Below are positions 13,726-27,054 of a DNA stretch of 64,000 nucleotides, in pieces. Numbering within the stretch: the stretch's first letter is position 1; each line of letters opens with the position of its first letter. The notes beneath the pieces are model-generated. The model did no database searches, was not told the origin of the DNA, and worked only from the letters and a program-made list of their open reading frames with translations. Source of the DNA: Mobula hypostoma (lineage: Eukaryota); the NCBI RefSeq assembly GCF_963921235.1, contig NC_086097.1, forward strand, positions 228,286,001 to 228,350,000, read 5' to 3'. The position numbers were made by a program, and so were the translations under genes.

Positions 13726-14265
13726 CAGAAGAGTAAAAATGGGTGGAAATGTGGCAATAAACAAAGGGTCTTTAAAGTTACATGATATCAATTTTTTTGA
13801 AGAAATAAGAAGTGAACTACCCTGTAAATAGTTACTGATTATGGAGAGTTAAAGTCGAAGTACCTCTTTTAGTGAGGTTTATTTTCAGTGACCAAAAGTA
13901 ACCAACTGTGAAACAATATCCCGAAACAAACAGAATTATAACTTGGAGTTGATAACTTATTTTTTCATTTCAGCTTTGTTAGGTCCTGCTAATCTATTGT
14001 GAGCCAATTACTGTGAATTATCATGTACCTCTACAAGTTGTCTGTTTTGTTTTTTGTAATGCTGAGTATTTTCTATCTAGGAAGGTATTAAATAATATCG
14101 TGCTTTGGTTAGCTAGGCAAATTGGGTTGTATTTGTGAGTTATATTTTTTGTATGCAAGTGCATCATTGGTTTAAACTTCACATCTGAAAAGCCTAGAGG
14201 AATTTAACCTGTATTGACAAATTATCTTTGTTTTCTTAATGCATTTGTCCATTTTTATTCTTAAG

Positions 14266-14408
14266 ATTATGTCCAGTGCCCTTATTGTCAGAGAAGATTT
14301 AATGAGAATGCTGCTGAAAGACACATTTCTTTCTGCAAGGAACAGGCTGCTCGTATGACCAAGCTTAAGCATTCTAGTGCCAAAGGGAAACAAAGCTCTC
14401 CAACACAG
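14266..14408 (+). CDS. ZC2HC1A: ZC2HC1A coding exon (second C2HC zinc finger)
   Basis: ttcttaAG / GTaaag, 143 bp, phase 1/0. (D)YVQCPYCQRRFNENAAERHISFCKEQAARMTKLKHSSAKGKQSSPTQ, with a C-x2-C-x11-H-x3-C finger. Confidence 0.95.
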
Positions 14409-14470
14409 GTAAAGTACGAAAGTTATTTGTTATTTAATGATAATGTACTGTAATTCCTTCTGTTAAATTT

Positions 14471-14746
14471 ATTTATTTTTTTGGTGTGTGCGTGCGTCCA
14501 TGATGATGTCTTTTTCATGGCTTTTACAAGGCACAGAGCGAGAGAGAGAGAGACTGTGTGGCACGCCACTCCTCTCACAGACATTTTTCGCAGTATTTTC
14601 CCTTTGTTTTACGAGGTCGAGTTGCAATCTTGACACTCAACCCGGCACGGATGGAAAGCATACTTGGGAGCAGACCCGACTAGTTTTGAACCCGGGAACC
14701 TCCACTCCTGGGTCCGGCGCTGATGTCATTGCACCACCAGTCGACC
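14471..14746 (-). mobile_element. tRNA-derived SINE with TSD
   Basis: Minus-strand head has A-box-like TGGTGCAATG and B-box-like GGTTCAAAAC. A-rich tail. 11-bp TSD CTGTTAAATTT at 14460-14470 and 14747-14757. Confidence 0.8.
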
Positions 14747-16013
14747 CTGTTAAATTTTTAGTAATTTAGGAAATGTTTTTCTTGGATATTAATTTCTTAC
14801 TAGTACTTTTCTGCTCAGCAGCAAACAATACTTCATTACACTATCCTATTTCTGTGTTTTAAAAAATTCTTTAATTTCCTATGCTCAGGTCAAGGTTCTG
14901 TATCAAAATCCTTTTTGAAGAAAACAATATCTCATCCAGGATATGTAAATTAAAGAGTATGTAATTTAATTAAAAATTATCTTCCTGATACAAAATAGCA
15001 ATAGAATTAAGAAAGTGATGAGAAACTGAACAAAATCAGTGGGAGTGAAAGATAAGTTATCACTGCCACTGACATCCAAAGACTGAGACACCACAATGGT
15101 AAAAGTTAGATTTTAGTGCCTGAGAGTTTACTTGCTGGTAACTAGAATATCAGTTTTTAAAATTTATAGACAAGGTTGTAAGTAAAATGGATTTCTTATG
15201 GACATGTATATGTGGCCGTGGTGATTTTGAGTGCCGAGTTACATGAGGAGGAGCTGGGCAGCATTGACACTAGCTTCCTGTTAGTGTAGAACTTCTGTAA
15301 TCTGGCACCCTTAAAATCTGGTACAGGACTAGCAAACTTTTTGAACAGCTAGATGGTGCTCCCATCAATAACCCAACACTTATTTTTTGTTTCAGCTTAT
15401 TACGTGTCAATACCATAAATCGTTCAGTTTGTGTTTAATTTGATTCAGAATGTCAAAACAAACAATATACAATATGGACTAAATGAATGAGATGAGGGCA
15501 TTTTTGAGTAAAAGATCATGAATGTTATTGAACTTGTATTTCACTGTGTGTGCTCCAGAAGCTACTTCTGACTAGCTGCTTAATGATGGTGACTTAAAAT
15601 AAGCTCATTGCTTGGCTTATCAAAAAATATATTCTGTATACAATCCAAAATTGATGGGCATTATGAATCCCATTTTATAATATGCCTCAACTGTCATTGA
15701 GTTTGAGTAGAATTGTATCAAATGACTGCCCTGAAAATTCCAAATACTATCACATTCATTTAAGATTATAATTATGAATTATGGTTGTTGAATGTGTTTG
15801 TTGTAAGGGATTGGGAAAACAGAACGAGCAAAAGAAGATGAAACTGTTGAGGATTATCAAATAATTTCATTCACCAAAATCTCCGGTACAGATAACTTAA
15901 AATTAGTTGTAACCTGTGGCTCCACTTCCTGCTCTTCATTCCTCTTGACAGAAAATAAACAGTTTGCATTTTTTACTAGTCAACTATGCTTGGAATCAAT
16001 CTTTTGTTTCTTT

Positions 16014-17258
16014 CAGGCCAGGCAGCATCTATAGGAAGAAATAGAGTCGACGTTTCGGGCCGAGACCCTTTGTCAGGACTAACTGAAAGAAGCGATAGTA
16101 AGAGATTTGAGAGGGGGAGGGGGAGATCCGAAATGATAGGAGAAGACAGTAGGGGGAGGGATGGAGCTAAGAGCTGGAAAGTTGATTGGCAAAAGGGATA
16201 CAAGGCTGGAGAAGGGAGAGGATCATGGGACGGGAGGCCTAGGGAGAAAGAAAGGGGGAGGGGAGCATCAGAGGAAGATGGAGAGCAGGCAAGGTGTTAT
16301 TGTGAGAGGGACAGAGAGAGAAAAAAAGGAAATAATAAATAAATAAATAAATGGGGTAAGAAGGAGAGGAGGGGCATTAACGGAAGTTAGAGAAGCCAAT
16401 GTTCATGCCATCAGGTTGGAGGCTACCCAGACGGAATATAAGGCATTGTTCCTCCAACCTGAGTGTGGCTTCATCTTGACCATAGAGAAGGCCATGGATA
16501 GACATATCAGAATGGGAATGGGACGTGGAATTAAAATGTGTGGCCACTGGGAGATCCTGCTTTCTCTGGCGGACAGAGCATAGGTGTTCAGCAAAACGGT
16601 CTCCCAGTCTGTCTGCCAGAGAAAGCAGGATCTCACAGTGGCCACACATTTTAATTCCATGTTCCATTCCCATTCTGATATGTCTATCCTCGGCCTCCTC
16701 TACTGTCAAGATGAAGCCACACTCAGACTGGAGGAACAACACCTTATATTCCATCTGGGTAGCGTCCAACCTGATGGCATGAACATTGACTTCTCTAACT
16801 TCCGTTAATGCCCCTTCTCCCCTTCTTACCCCATCCCTTATCTATTATTTTTTACTTTTTTTCTCTCTCTCTCTTTTTTCTCTCTCTGTCCCTCACAATA
16901 ACTCCTTTCCTGCTCTCCATCTTCCTCTGGCACTCCCCCCCCCCTTTCTTTCTCCCTAGGCCTCCCATTCCCATGATCCTCCCCCTTCTCCAGCCTTGCA
17001 TCCCTTTTGCCAATCAACTTTCCAGCTCTTAGCTTCATCCCTCCCCCTTCTGTCTTCTCTTATCATTTTGGATCTCCCCCTCCCACTCCACCTTTCAAAT
17101 CTCTTACTATCTCTTCTTTCAGTTAGTCCTGACGAAAGGTCTCGGCCTAAAACGTCGACTGTACTTCTTCCTATAGATGCTGCCTGGCCTGCTGCATTCC
17201 ACCAGCATTTTGTGTGTGTTGCCTGAACTTCCAGCATCTGCAGATTTCCTCGTGTTTG
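16014..17258. mobile_element. Penelope-like element with inverted arms (single insertion)
   Basis: Left arm (-) and right arm (+) both encode the GIY-YIG C-terminus (VATHFNS..RLEEQ.LIF.LGS.QPDGMNI.FSNF). 13-bp TSD CTTTTGTTTCTTT at 16001-16013 and 17259-17271. Confidence 0.9.
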
Positions 17259-17319
17259 CTTTTGTTTCTTTATTATTTTGTTCCACTTGCTGGATTGAAG
17301 TTTTTATTTTACCGAAACA

Positions 17320-17430
17320 CTGGCTTAGTGACTAGCACTGTCTTCTAATAGTCAGAAGATGGTGGGTAAATCCAGGCAGTGGCTCAGTCCTGCACTGCAA
17401 CATCTGATGTCTTTCAGATAAGACAACACA
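17320..17430 (+). mobile_element. Old SINE 5' remnant (Deu/SacSINE-like)
   Basis: agtcagaagatggtgggt..tgcactg..gtctttcagataagac resembles the head of the SINE at 47.05 kb. Confidence 0.35.
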
Positions 17431-17739
17431 GTAATTCCTCGGACAGCAGAATCAGCAACTAGTTCCCAAGTTCAAAGCAATTAACAAATCAGATCGAAGA
17501 AATATAAATTATGTATTGAGTTGTGATCTTGAATATATTGCCTAATAAACACTGATTCGGGAGTAGTTTTCAAAAACAGAATTATTCCAGCAAACTTCAA
17601 AAGGCAATCAATTGTTACAGTCTAGAGGAGAGAAGCAAGGATGAAGGGCAAATTGAATGAGGCCCAATGAGTTCTTTTTCTGTGCCATACTGTGAGTTGT
17701 GAATAACTAGTTCTTTGACTTGTCTTACTCACAATATAG

Positions 17740-17836
17740 TACAAATCTCCAGTGCTTAAGAAGACTAACTCTCCAGTTTCAACACCTAGTGCATCAACAC
17801 GTATTCCCCAACCTTCTCTTGGAAAAACTGTAACAG
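17740..17836 (+). CDS. ZC2HC1A: ZC2HC1A coding exon
   Basis: caatatAG / GTatat, 97 bp, phase 0/1. YKSPVLKKTNSPVSTPSASTRIPQPSLGKTVT, similar to human YKPPALKKSNSP..SRLPQPS..GKTV. Confidence 0.9.
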
Positions 17837-19153
17837 GTATATGGATTTTTATTTGGTTCTATTAGAGTATATTATAGTTACTTTTTGAACAGCAAATGAT
17901 GTTTAAGGAGATGAGGGTGATGGTAGGGTGGAGTTAGTAAGCAATGGACACTTAATGGGATGGAGTGAGACAAAGTATCTCAACTCATTAGCTGTTGTCA
18001 ATGTATGCCTCAGCTGTGTTTTAAGATGGGATGAAAAAACTGTGTTAAGCAGATTGAAATCAAGTACTCAGTCACAGTTTGGAAGCATGTGAGACCCTTC
18101 TGGCCTGAATCAACTAAATTAATTGTGAAAGAAAAAGATAATTTAAGATTTTCAGAATGTTCTTTCTACTATTTTTCAAAATGATGCTCATACATAGGGA
18201 AAAATTTAACTTGTTTGCCACCTTCTATTAAATATTTAGAATTGAATTATTTTCTGTAATTATACCCATGCAAATTGCTTATTTGATGAATTAATTAATT
18301 CTTAAATACAATATTTTAACTGTCGATGTTTTTAAAACCCAACTAGCACCATGTTGCTATTGTAGGAGCTGGCTAAGGAGGATCCATTTTAATGTTATTT
18401 TCATATTTATATTGATTTGTAAATGTTTTAATGTGTTGTATATAATTTTTAACTGCCTACATCACTTCTAATAATTTTTAAGCATTTTCTAAGACATTTA
18501 TAAAGAAGTTTTCTCACTTTGATGAGAAATAAAACCTGGTTATGAAACGATTGTCATGATTTCTGGAGAATATTCAAAAACCTAGTTATCCCTTGGGTTT
18601 TATTACATAATTCTAAGTGTGGAGGGTCACTCCATGTTTGGTCCAGGTAATTTCAAGAAGCAGGCAGTGTTTAGTCTAAGCTAGCTGACAATCTTTAATT
18701 GTCATTCTTAGAAGCGTGCACACTTAACTGTGATTTTCAAGCAACTCCTCCTTGGATATTACTTGCTACTTGCTGCATGTTTGCTGAAAATGTGGAGTAG
18801 TTGAATATGGAAACTGTAAACTATTAACTATAAATCTGTTTTGCTGCAATATAGCTGTTTCTTCATTCTCTAAACATCCAGGCATCCCTTCTCATTGTGA
18901 AACAATTTAACATGTGTGGTCAGTTTCTGTTAAACAACCTTGGAAAGATTTGTGACCTTTGGTTTTAAGTAAAAGGTTGGAAGTTATACTATTACTCCAA
19001 ATGATGTCTTAAGCTACTTAATAAGAGTAGTAAAACTCTGAACTTCCATTTAGATCTTGTACATGTAGGGAAAATGCAGGCCTTTTATCAAAATAACTTG
19101 ACGTTTGTAACTGCAATAATTTATCAAAATTGTAACAAATATCTTGTTTGCAG

Positions 19154-19277
19154 TATTTTCTACCACCAAAGGTAACTTGCCATCAGCCAATGAAAATAAG
19201 CTTCGAGATGGGTCACCAGTAAAACGGAGTCCCTCTGGTGCTGGTAATATTTCTGGAGCAGGAAGTCAACCCACTAG
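19154..19277 (+). CDS. ZC2HC1A: ZC2HC1A coding exon (Ser/Gly-rich linker)
   Basis: ttgtttgcAG / GTgagg, 124 bp, phase 1/2, open frame VFSTTKGNLPSANENKLRDGSPVKRSPSGAGNISGAGSQPT. Phases fit both neighbours; sequence similarity is weak (NKL..SP). Confidence 0.8.
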
Positions 19278-19499
19278 GTGAGGAAGAAGCAATGAATATA
19301 GAGTAACTTCTATACTAAGCTTGTTGATTTACTTTAAATTGATACAGATTTACTGCAGAAATTTAAATTAAATGGGTAGACTGTTGTATTATCTTTTTGC
19401 TCCAGGAATGTGATTTGAATTGGGCAGAAGTTAATGAGTTGAAAGCCATTTCTCAAAATGGCACAGTTTCTATTTGACTTTACACTTTATAAAGCAGTG

Positions 19500-22400
19500 C
19501 CATAAGACATAGGAACAGAATTAGGCCATTCACCTCATCGAATCTGCTCCACAATTCCATCGTGGCTGATCTCCGATCCCACTCAACCCCATACACCTGC
19601 CTTCTTACCATATCCTTTGATGCCCTGACCAATCAGGAAACGATCAACTTCTGCTTTAAATACACCCACAGACTTGGCCTCCACCACAATCTGTGGCAGA
19701 GCATCCCACAGATTCACTGCTCTATGGCTAAAAAAAAATCCCCTTTACCTCTGTTCTAAAAGGTCACCTTTCAATTTTGAGGCTGTGCCCTCTAACATCA
19801 CATCACAAGACAAAGGAGCAGAAGTAGGCCATTCAGCCCATCGAGTCTGCTCCGTCACTCCACCATGAGCTAAACTATACTCCCACCTAGTTCCACTTTC
19901 CGGCTTTTTCCCCATATCCCTTGATACCCTGGCTAATTAGATACCTATCAATCTCCTCCTTAAACCTTAAACACCCTTAATGATCAGACCTCCACAGCTG
20001 TATGTGGCAACGAATTCCATAAATCTACGGCCCTCTGGCTAAAAAAATGTCTTCTCATCTCTGTTTTAACTGGGTACCCTCTAATTCTAAGACTGTGGCC
20101 TCTTGTCTTGGACTCACGCACCAAGGGAAACAGCCTTTCCACATCTACTCTGTCCAAACCTTTCAACATTCGAAATGTTTCTATGAGATCCCCTCTCATT
20201 CTTCTATACTCTAATGAATACAGTCAAAGTGCTGAAAAATGCTCCTCATATGTTAGCCCCTGCATTCCAGGAATCATCCTCGTAAATCTTCTCTGAACTC
20301 TCTCCAACATCAGAATATCCCTTCTAAGATAGGGGGCCCAAACTGCACACAGTATTCCAAATGAGGTCTCACCAGTGCCCCATAGAGCCTCATCAACACC
20401 TCCTTACTCTTATACACTATTCCTCTTGAAATGAATGCCAACATAGCATTCGCTTTCCTTACTGCCGATCCAACCTGGTGGTTAACCTTTAGGGCATCCT
20501 GCACGAGGACCCCCAAGTCCCTTTGCACTTCCGATTTTTGAATTTTTTTCCCCATCTAAATAATAGTCTGCCCGATTATTTCTTCTTCCAAAATGTACAA
20601 CCGTACATTTCTCAACATTGTATCTCATCTGCCATTTCTTTACCCACTCTCCTAAACTGACCAAGTCTCTCTGCAACCTTTCCGTTTCTTCAACACTTCC
20701 TGCTCCTCCACCTATCTTGGTGTCATCCGCAAACTTAGCCACAAAACCATTTAATCCATAATCTAAATCATCGATATACATTCCAAAAAGAAGCGGCCCC
20801 AACACCGACCCCTGCAGAACACCACTAGTAACTGGCAACCAATCAGAATAGGATCCCTTTATTCCCACCCTTTGCTTTCTGCCTATCAGCCAATGCTCCA
20901 CCTATTTCAATATCTTTCCTGTAATTCCATGGACTCTCATCTTATTAAGCAGCCTCTTATGTGGCACCTTATCGAAGGCGTTTTAAAAATCCCAATACAC
21001 AACATCCATAGCCTCTCCCTTATCAATCTTATTTGAGATTACCTCAAACAATTCCAATAGGTTGATGAGGCAGGATCTTCCCTTCATGAAAACCTGCTGG
21101 CTTGGGCCTATCTTGTCTTGCACCTCGAGGTATTTCATAACCTCCTCCTTGAGGATCAACTCCAATAACTTTCCAACTACCGATGTCAGACTAATAGGCG
21201 TGTAATTTTCTTTTTGCTGCCTCCCTCCTTTCTTAAACAGCGGAACTACATTTGCGACCTTCTAGTCCTCCGGAACCATGCCAGAGTCCATTGATTCCTA
21301 GAAGATCATTTCCAATGCCTCCACAATCTCCAAAGCCACCTCCCTTCAGAACCCGTGACTTCATTCGGTCCAGGAGACTTATCTATTCTTAGTCCATTTA
21401 GCCTCCCAAGCACTTCCTCTAGTAATCTTGACTGTACCTAATTCTATTCCTTGAGACCTCTGGCTATCAGGTATGTTGCTAATGTCTTCCACTGTGAAGA
21501 CTGATGCAAAATACTCACTTAGTTCCTCTGCCATCTCTTTGTTACCCATTATAATTTCTCCAGCATGATTTTCAATCGGTCCTCTATCTACCCGTGTCAC
21601 TCTTTCACCCTTCATATATTTAAAAAAATCTCTTAGTATCCTTTTTAATGTTAATTGCCAACTTCCTTTCGTAATTCATCTTTTCTTTCCTAATGACTTT
21701 CTTAGTTTCCTTCTGTAAGTTTTTAAAAGTCGTCCAGTCCTCAGTTTTCCCACTAATTTTTGCTTCCTTGTACACCGTCTCTTTTGCTTTTATTTCAGCC
21801 TTAACCTCTCTCGTTAGCCACATTTGTGCCATTTTTCCATTCATGATTTTCTTTTTTCTTGGAATATATTTTTCCTGCACTTTCTTTATTTCTTGTAGGA
21901 ATTTCATCCAATTCTGCTCTACCGTCCCTCCATCTAGCTTACTTTTCCAATCAACTTGGGCCAGTTCCTCTGTCATACCGCTGTAACTTCCTTTGTTCCA
22001 CTGAAATATCAATACACCCGATACCAGCTTCTGCTTTTCAAATTTGAAACTGAACTCAATCATATTATGATCACTACTTCCAAGGGGTTCCATTACCTCC
22101 AGCTCCCTAATTGCCTCAGGTTCATTACACAGCACCCAATCCAAAACAGCCGATTCCTTACGGGATTATGAACAAGCTGCTGCAAAAAAACACCCCGTAG
22201 GCATTTTGCAAACTCACTGTCCTGGGATCCAGTACCTTCCCGACTTTCCCAATCCACTTTCATATTAAAATCCCCCATAATTATCTTGACATTTTCCTTC
22301 TGACACGCTTTTTCTATTTCCAGCTGTTACTTGTAGTCCACATCTCTACTTCTGGATATGCCCACCATACGAAAAACATCCTCCCCACATCAACCCTATC

Positions 22401-22670
22401 TAGTCCTTTCAACATTCGGTAGGTTTCCATGAGATCCCCACGCATTCTTCTGAACTCTAGTGAGTACAGGCCTAAAGCTGCCAAACACATGTATGTTAAC
22501 CCCTTCATTCCTGGAATCATCTTTGTGAACCTCCTCTGGACTCGGTCCAATGACAACACATCCTTTTTGAGGTATGGGGCCCAAAACTGTTGACAGTACT
22601 CCATGTGCAGCCTAACTAGTGTCTTATAAAACCTCAGCATTATCTCCTTGCTTTTAAATTCTATTGCCAG
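19500..22670 (-). mobile_element. Nested CR1 LINEs (outer ~19500-19795 plus 22349-22670; inner ~19796-22348)
   Basis: The outer 3' sequence breaks at ...gccctcta and resumes at cttctggat.... The inner copy encodes APE-end to RT fragments (ORFs 19984-22278 -). Confidence 0.85.
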
Positions 22671-22824
22671 TAATTCAATACTAAATTATTACTTTTGTTA
22701 GAGCCATCAGCAGTTATACCAATTCTATTTTAAATACTGGTATAACAAATGAAATTCAGATCCACTGAGATAAATTGTTAAACTCTATCTAGTCCTTTCA
22801 GAAACCTTAAAAAATCTTGAACTC

Positions 22825-23990
22825 TCCATAAGACCAAAAAACATATGAGCAGAATTAGGCCATTTGGCCCCATCTAGTCTACTCTGCAATTCTATCAATG
22901 ATTTATTATCCCTCCCCATCTCATTCTTCTGCCTTCACCCCGTAACCTTTGATACCCCTACAAATCAGAAATATATCAACCTCTGTTCTAAATATACCCA
23001 ATACCTTGGCCTCCACATCTGTCTGTAGCAATGACTTCCACAGATTCACTGCCTTCTGAACATAAGAAATAGGAGCAGAAGTAGGCATTCTGGCCCATCG
23101 AGCCTGCTCTGCCATTTAATAAGATCATTGCTGATCTGGCCATGGACTCATCTCCACCTACCCACCTTTTCCCTGTTTTAATTCCTCTACTATGCAAAAA
23201 TTTATACAAACTTGTCTTAAATATATTTACTGTGGTAACCTCCACTGCTTCATTGGGCAGAAAATTCCACAGATTCACCACTCAGCTCCTCCTCATCGCC
23301 GTCCTAAATCGACTCCTTCGAATCTTGAGGCTATGTCCCCTAGTTCTAGTCTCACCTACCAGTGGAAACAGCTTTCCTGCCTCTATCTTATCTATCCCCT
23401 TCGTGATTTTTTTTATGTTTCTATAAGATCTCCTGTCATTCTTCTGAATTCCAGAGAGTACAGTCCTAGACTGTCTTTCCTCATAGTCTAACCCTATCAT
23501 CTCTGGAATCAACCTGGTGAACCTCCTCTGCACCAGCTCCAAAGCCAGTATATCCTTCCTCAAGTAAGGAGACCAGAAATGTCGTATGCAGTACTCCAGA
23601 TGCGGCCTCACCAGTACCCTGTACAGCTGCAGCATAACCTCCCTATTCTTAAATTCAATCCCTCTAGAAACGAAGGCCAACATTTCTTTTGCTGCCTTAA
23701 TAGCCTGCTGCACCTGCAAACCAACCTTTTGTGATTCATGCATAAGCACTCCCAAGTCCCTTTGCATAGCAGAATGCTGCAATTTTTACTATTTAAATAA
23801 TAAAATGCTCTTTCATTTCTCCTTCCACAGTGAATAGCCTCGCATTTACTCTGGCTAAAGTAATTCCCTTCATCTCTGTTCTAAATGGACATCCCTCTAT
23901 TTTGATGCAGTGCCTTCTGGTCCAAGACTTGCCTACTATGGGAAACATCCTCTCCACCTCCACTTTACCTCAGCCTTTCAATATTCGATA
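22825..23990 (-). mobile_element. Nested CR1 3' fragments (inner ~23059-23848)
   Basis: ORF 23282..23782(-) contains VRPHLEYC. The outer copy breaks at ...ccttctg and resumes at tctggctaaag. Confidence 0.8.
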
Positions 23991-24184
23991 GACTGTTGTT
24001 CTGAACCAAGGAGGAGAAAAAACAATAATCTCCAGCGTACCTGCCAGACCCCCCTTGGGAGCGAAGTTCATTTTAAACCGTGATGTCCCACTTCATTTTC
24101 ATATATTAAAAGTTGAGTAACTGACTTGGAAGGCAAGCAGAGAATGGAGCCAAACATAGGCCAAATATCAGAAAGTTTATAAAA

Positions 24185-26740
24185 CTGTAAGATATAAGAG
24201 CAACTTTAGACCATTTGGCCCATTAAGTCTACTCCACCACTTCATCAAGGTTGATCCAATTTTCTTCTCAGCCTCTAGAACCTTCTCTCTTGACCATAAG
24301 ACATAGGAGCAGAATTAGGCCATCTGGCCCATTGAGTCTGCTCTGTCATTCAATCATGGCTGATCCCTTTTTTCTGCTCCTCAACTTATCTCCTCAAAGA
24401 ATTTCAACAGGTTTGTCAAACAGGATTTTCCCGTAAGGAAACCATGCTGAATTTGTCCCATCTTGTCCTATGTCACCAAGTACTCCCATCACCTCATCCT
24501 TAACAATTGACTCTAACATCTTCCCAGCCACTGAGGTCAGACTAACTGGTCTACTTCTTTCAGAACCTTAGGGTCCAGGTGACTTGTGTACCTTTTGGTC
24601 TTTCAGCTTTTTGAGCACCTTCTCTCTTGTAATAGTAACTGCACATATTTCTCTTCCTTCACACACATCAACATCTGGCACACTGCTAGTGTCTTCCACA
24701 GTGAAGGCTGATACAAAATACTCATTCAGTTAATCAGCCATATCCTTGTCTCCTGTTATTACTCCTCTTACCTCATTTTCTAGCGGTCTTATGGTCCTAT
24801 ATCCACTCTCATCTCTTTTATTTTTTACATATTTGAAAAAACTTTTTCCACTTTGATATTATTTGCTAGCTTGCTTTCACATTTCATCTTTTCCCTTCTA
24901 ATGATTCTTTTAGTTGCTCTCTGTACGTTTTTTAAAAACTTTCCAATCCTCTATCTTCCCACTATTTTTTGCTTTCTTGTATGCCCTATCTTTTGTTTTT
25001 ACATTAGCTTTGACTTCCCTTGTTAGCCACAAGGTACTATTTTACCATTTCAGTATCTCTTCACTTTTGGAATACACATGTCCTGCACCTTCCTGATTTT
25101 TCCCAGAAAAGCACGCCATTGCTGCCCTGCTGACATTCCTGCCAGCAGCTCCTTCCAATTTACTTTAGCCAACTCCTTTCTCATACCACTGTAATTTCCC
25201 TTACTCCACTGAAATACTGCTGCATCAGACTTTACTTTCTCCCTATCAAATTTCAAGTTGAACTCAATCATATTGAGATCACTGTTTCTTAAGTGTTCTT
25301 TTACCTTAAGCTTCCATAAGTTTACATAACACCCAATCCAGTATAGCTGATTCCCTAATCGGCTCAGTGACAAACTGCTCTAAAAAGCCATCTCTTAGGC
25401 ATTCAACAGACTCTCTCTCTTCAGGTCCATTACCAGCTTGGTTTTCCCAATCGACCTGTATGTTAAAATCTCCCATGACTATCATAACATTGCCTTTTTG
25501 ACATGCCTTTTCTATTTCCTGTTGTAATCTGTGCTCCACCTCCCAGCCACTGTTGGGAAGCATGTATATAACAGCGATCAGTGTCCTTTTACCCTTGCAG
25601 CTTCTTAACTCAGCCCACAAGGATTCATTATCTTCTGATCCTATGTCGCATCTTTCTACTGATTTGTTGCCATTCTTTACCAGTAGAGCCACGCCACCCC
25701 CTCTGACTACCTTCCTATCCCCCCAATACAATGTGTAACCTTGGACATTCTGCTCCCAACTACAACCATCTTTCTAATTATGGTAACTTCACACACTTCA
25801 TGCCCCTGACAACTGGAGCTTACAGCATACTGCTAGTGTCTTCCACCGTGAAGACGGATGCAAAATACTTACTCAGTTCTTCCGCCATTTCATTGCCTCT
25901 CTTTACTACCTCTCCAGCATTGTTTTCCACGATCCGATATCCACTCTCACCTCTCTTTTACACTTTGTGTATCTGAAGCAACTGTTGGTATCCTCTTTGA
26001 TGTTATTGGCTAGTTTACTTTCCTATTCCATCTTTACCTTCTGAATGACTTTTTATATGATTTATGTTGGTTTTTAAAAGCTTCCCAATCCTCTAACTCC
26101 CCACTAATTTTTGCTCTATTACGTACCCTCTCTGGCTTTTACGTTGGCTTTCACTTCTCTTAGCCACAGTTGTGTCATCTTTCCTTTAGAATATTTCTTC
26201 CTCTTTGGGATGTATATATCCTGTGCCTTCCGCATTGCTTCCAGAAATACCAGCCAATGCTGCTCTGTCGTCATCCCTGCATCTTTTCCTATCAGTTCTG
26301 GCCAACTGTTCTCTCATGCCTCTGTAATTCCCTTTACTCCACTGTAATACTGATAAATCTGACTTTAGTCTCACCTTCTCAAATTTCAGGGTGAATTTGA
26401 TCATATTATGATCATTTTCCCTTCAGGGTTCTTTTGTCTTAAGGTCTGTAATGAATTCTGGTTCATTGCACAACGCCCAGTCCAGAATAGCCAATCCTTT
26501 AGTGGGCTCAACCACAAGTTCTCTTTTAAAAAAAAAACCATCTCATAGAAATCCCCCTCCTGGAATCCAGCACCAACCTGATTTTCCCATTCTATCTACA
26601 CATTGAAGTGCCTCATGACTATTGTAACATTGCCCCTTTGGCATGCTTTTCTATCTTCCCTTGTAATTGTAGGCCACATCCTTACTGCTGTTTGGGGGTC
26701 TGTATACAACGCCCATTAGGGTCTTTTTACCCTTGCGATT
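24185..26740 (-). mobile_element. Stack of internally deleted CR1 fragments
   Basis: ORFs 25050..25731(-) and 26186..26404(-) with APE motifs GGGVALLVK and MGDFN. Two CR1 3' tails, at ~24190 and ~24295. Confidence 0.8.
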
Positions 26741-27054
26741 ATAGACTCTCCTCCCCTAAAGAACAGGACGCGACATTTTCTAGGATTTTTTTTATTTGAT
26801 TCATGCTTTTCTTTGAATATTAGGCACAACAACATTGTGGGCCGAAGGGCCTGTAATGTGCTGTAGATTTCTATGTTCTAACAGTAGATAGGGGTTAGCG
26901 TGATGCTGTTACAGTTGGGCCGGAATGGCTAGTTCCGTGCTTACTTAAGGTAATTCATCGTATATAATTTTCAAACTTACTTTCCAGAATGTATGTGCCT
27001 GTGAATTTTGAGTTTTTTACCCCATCGGGCTGGACTAGTTCGGGTTTTTGTATT

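Noticed and set aside
15976..17237. Recurring short ORFs (AAGQAASIGR..DVSGRDPSSG) as a small protein family
   Set aside because: Translations of the non-coding Penelope terminal repeat.
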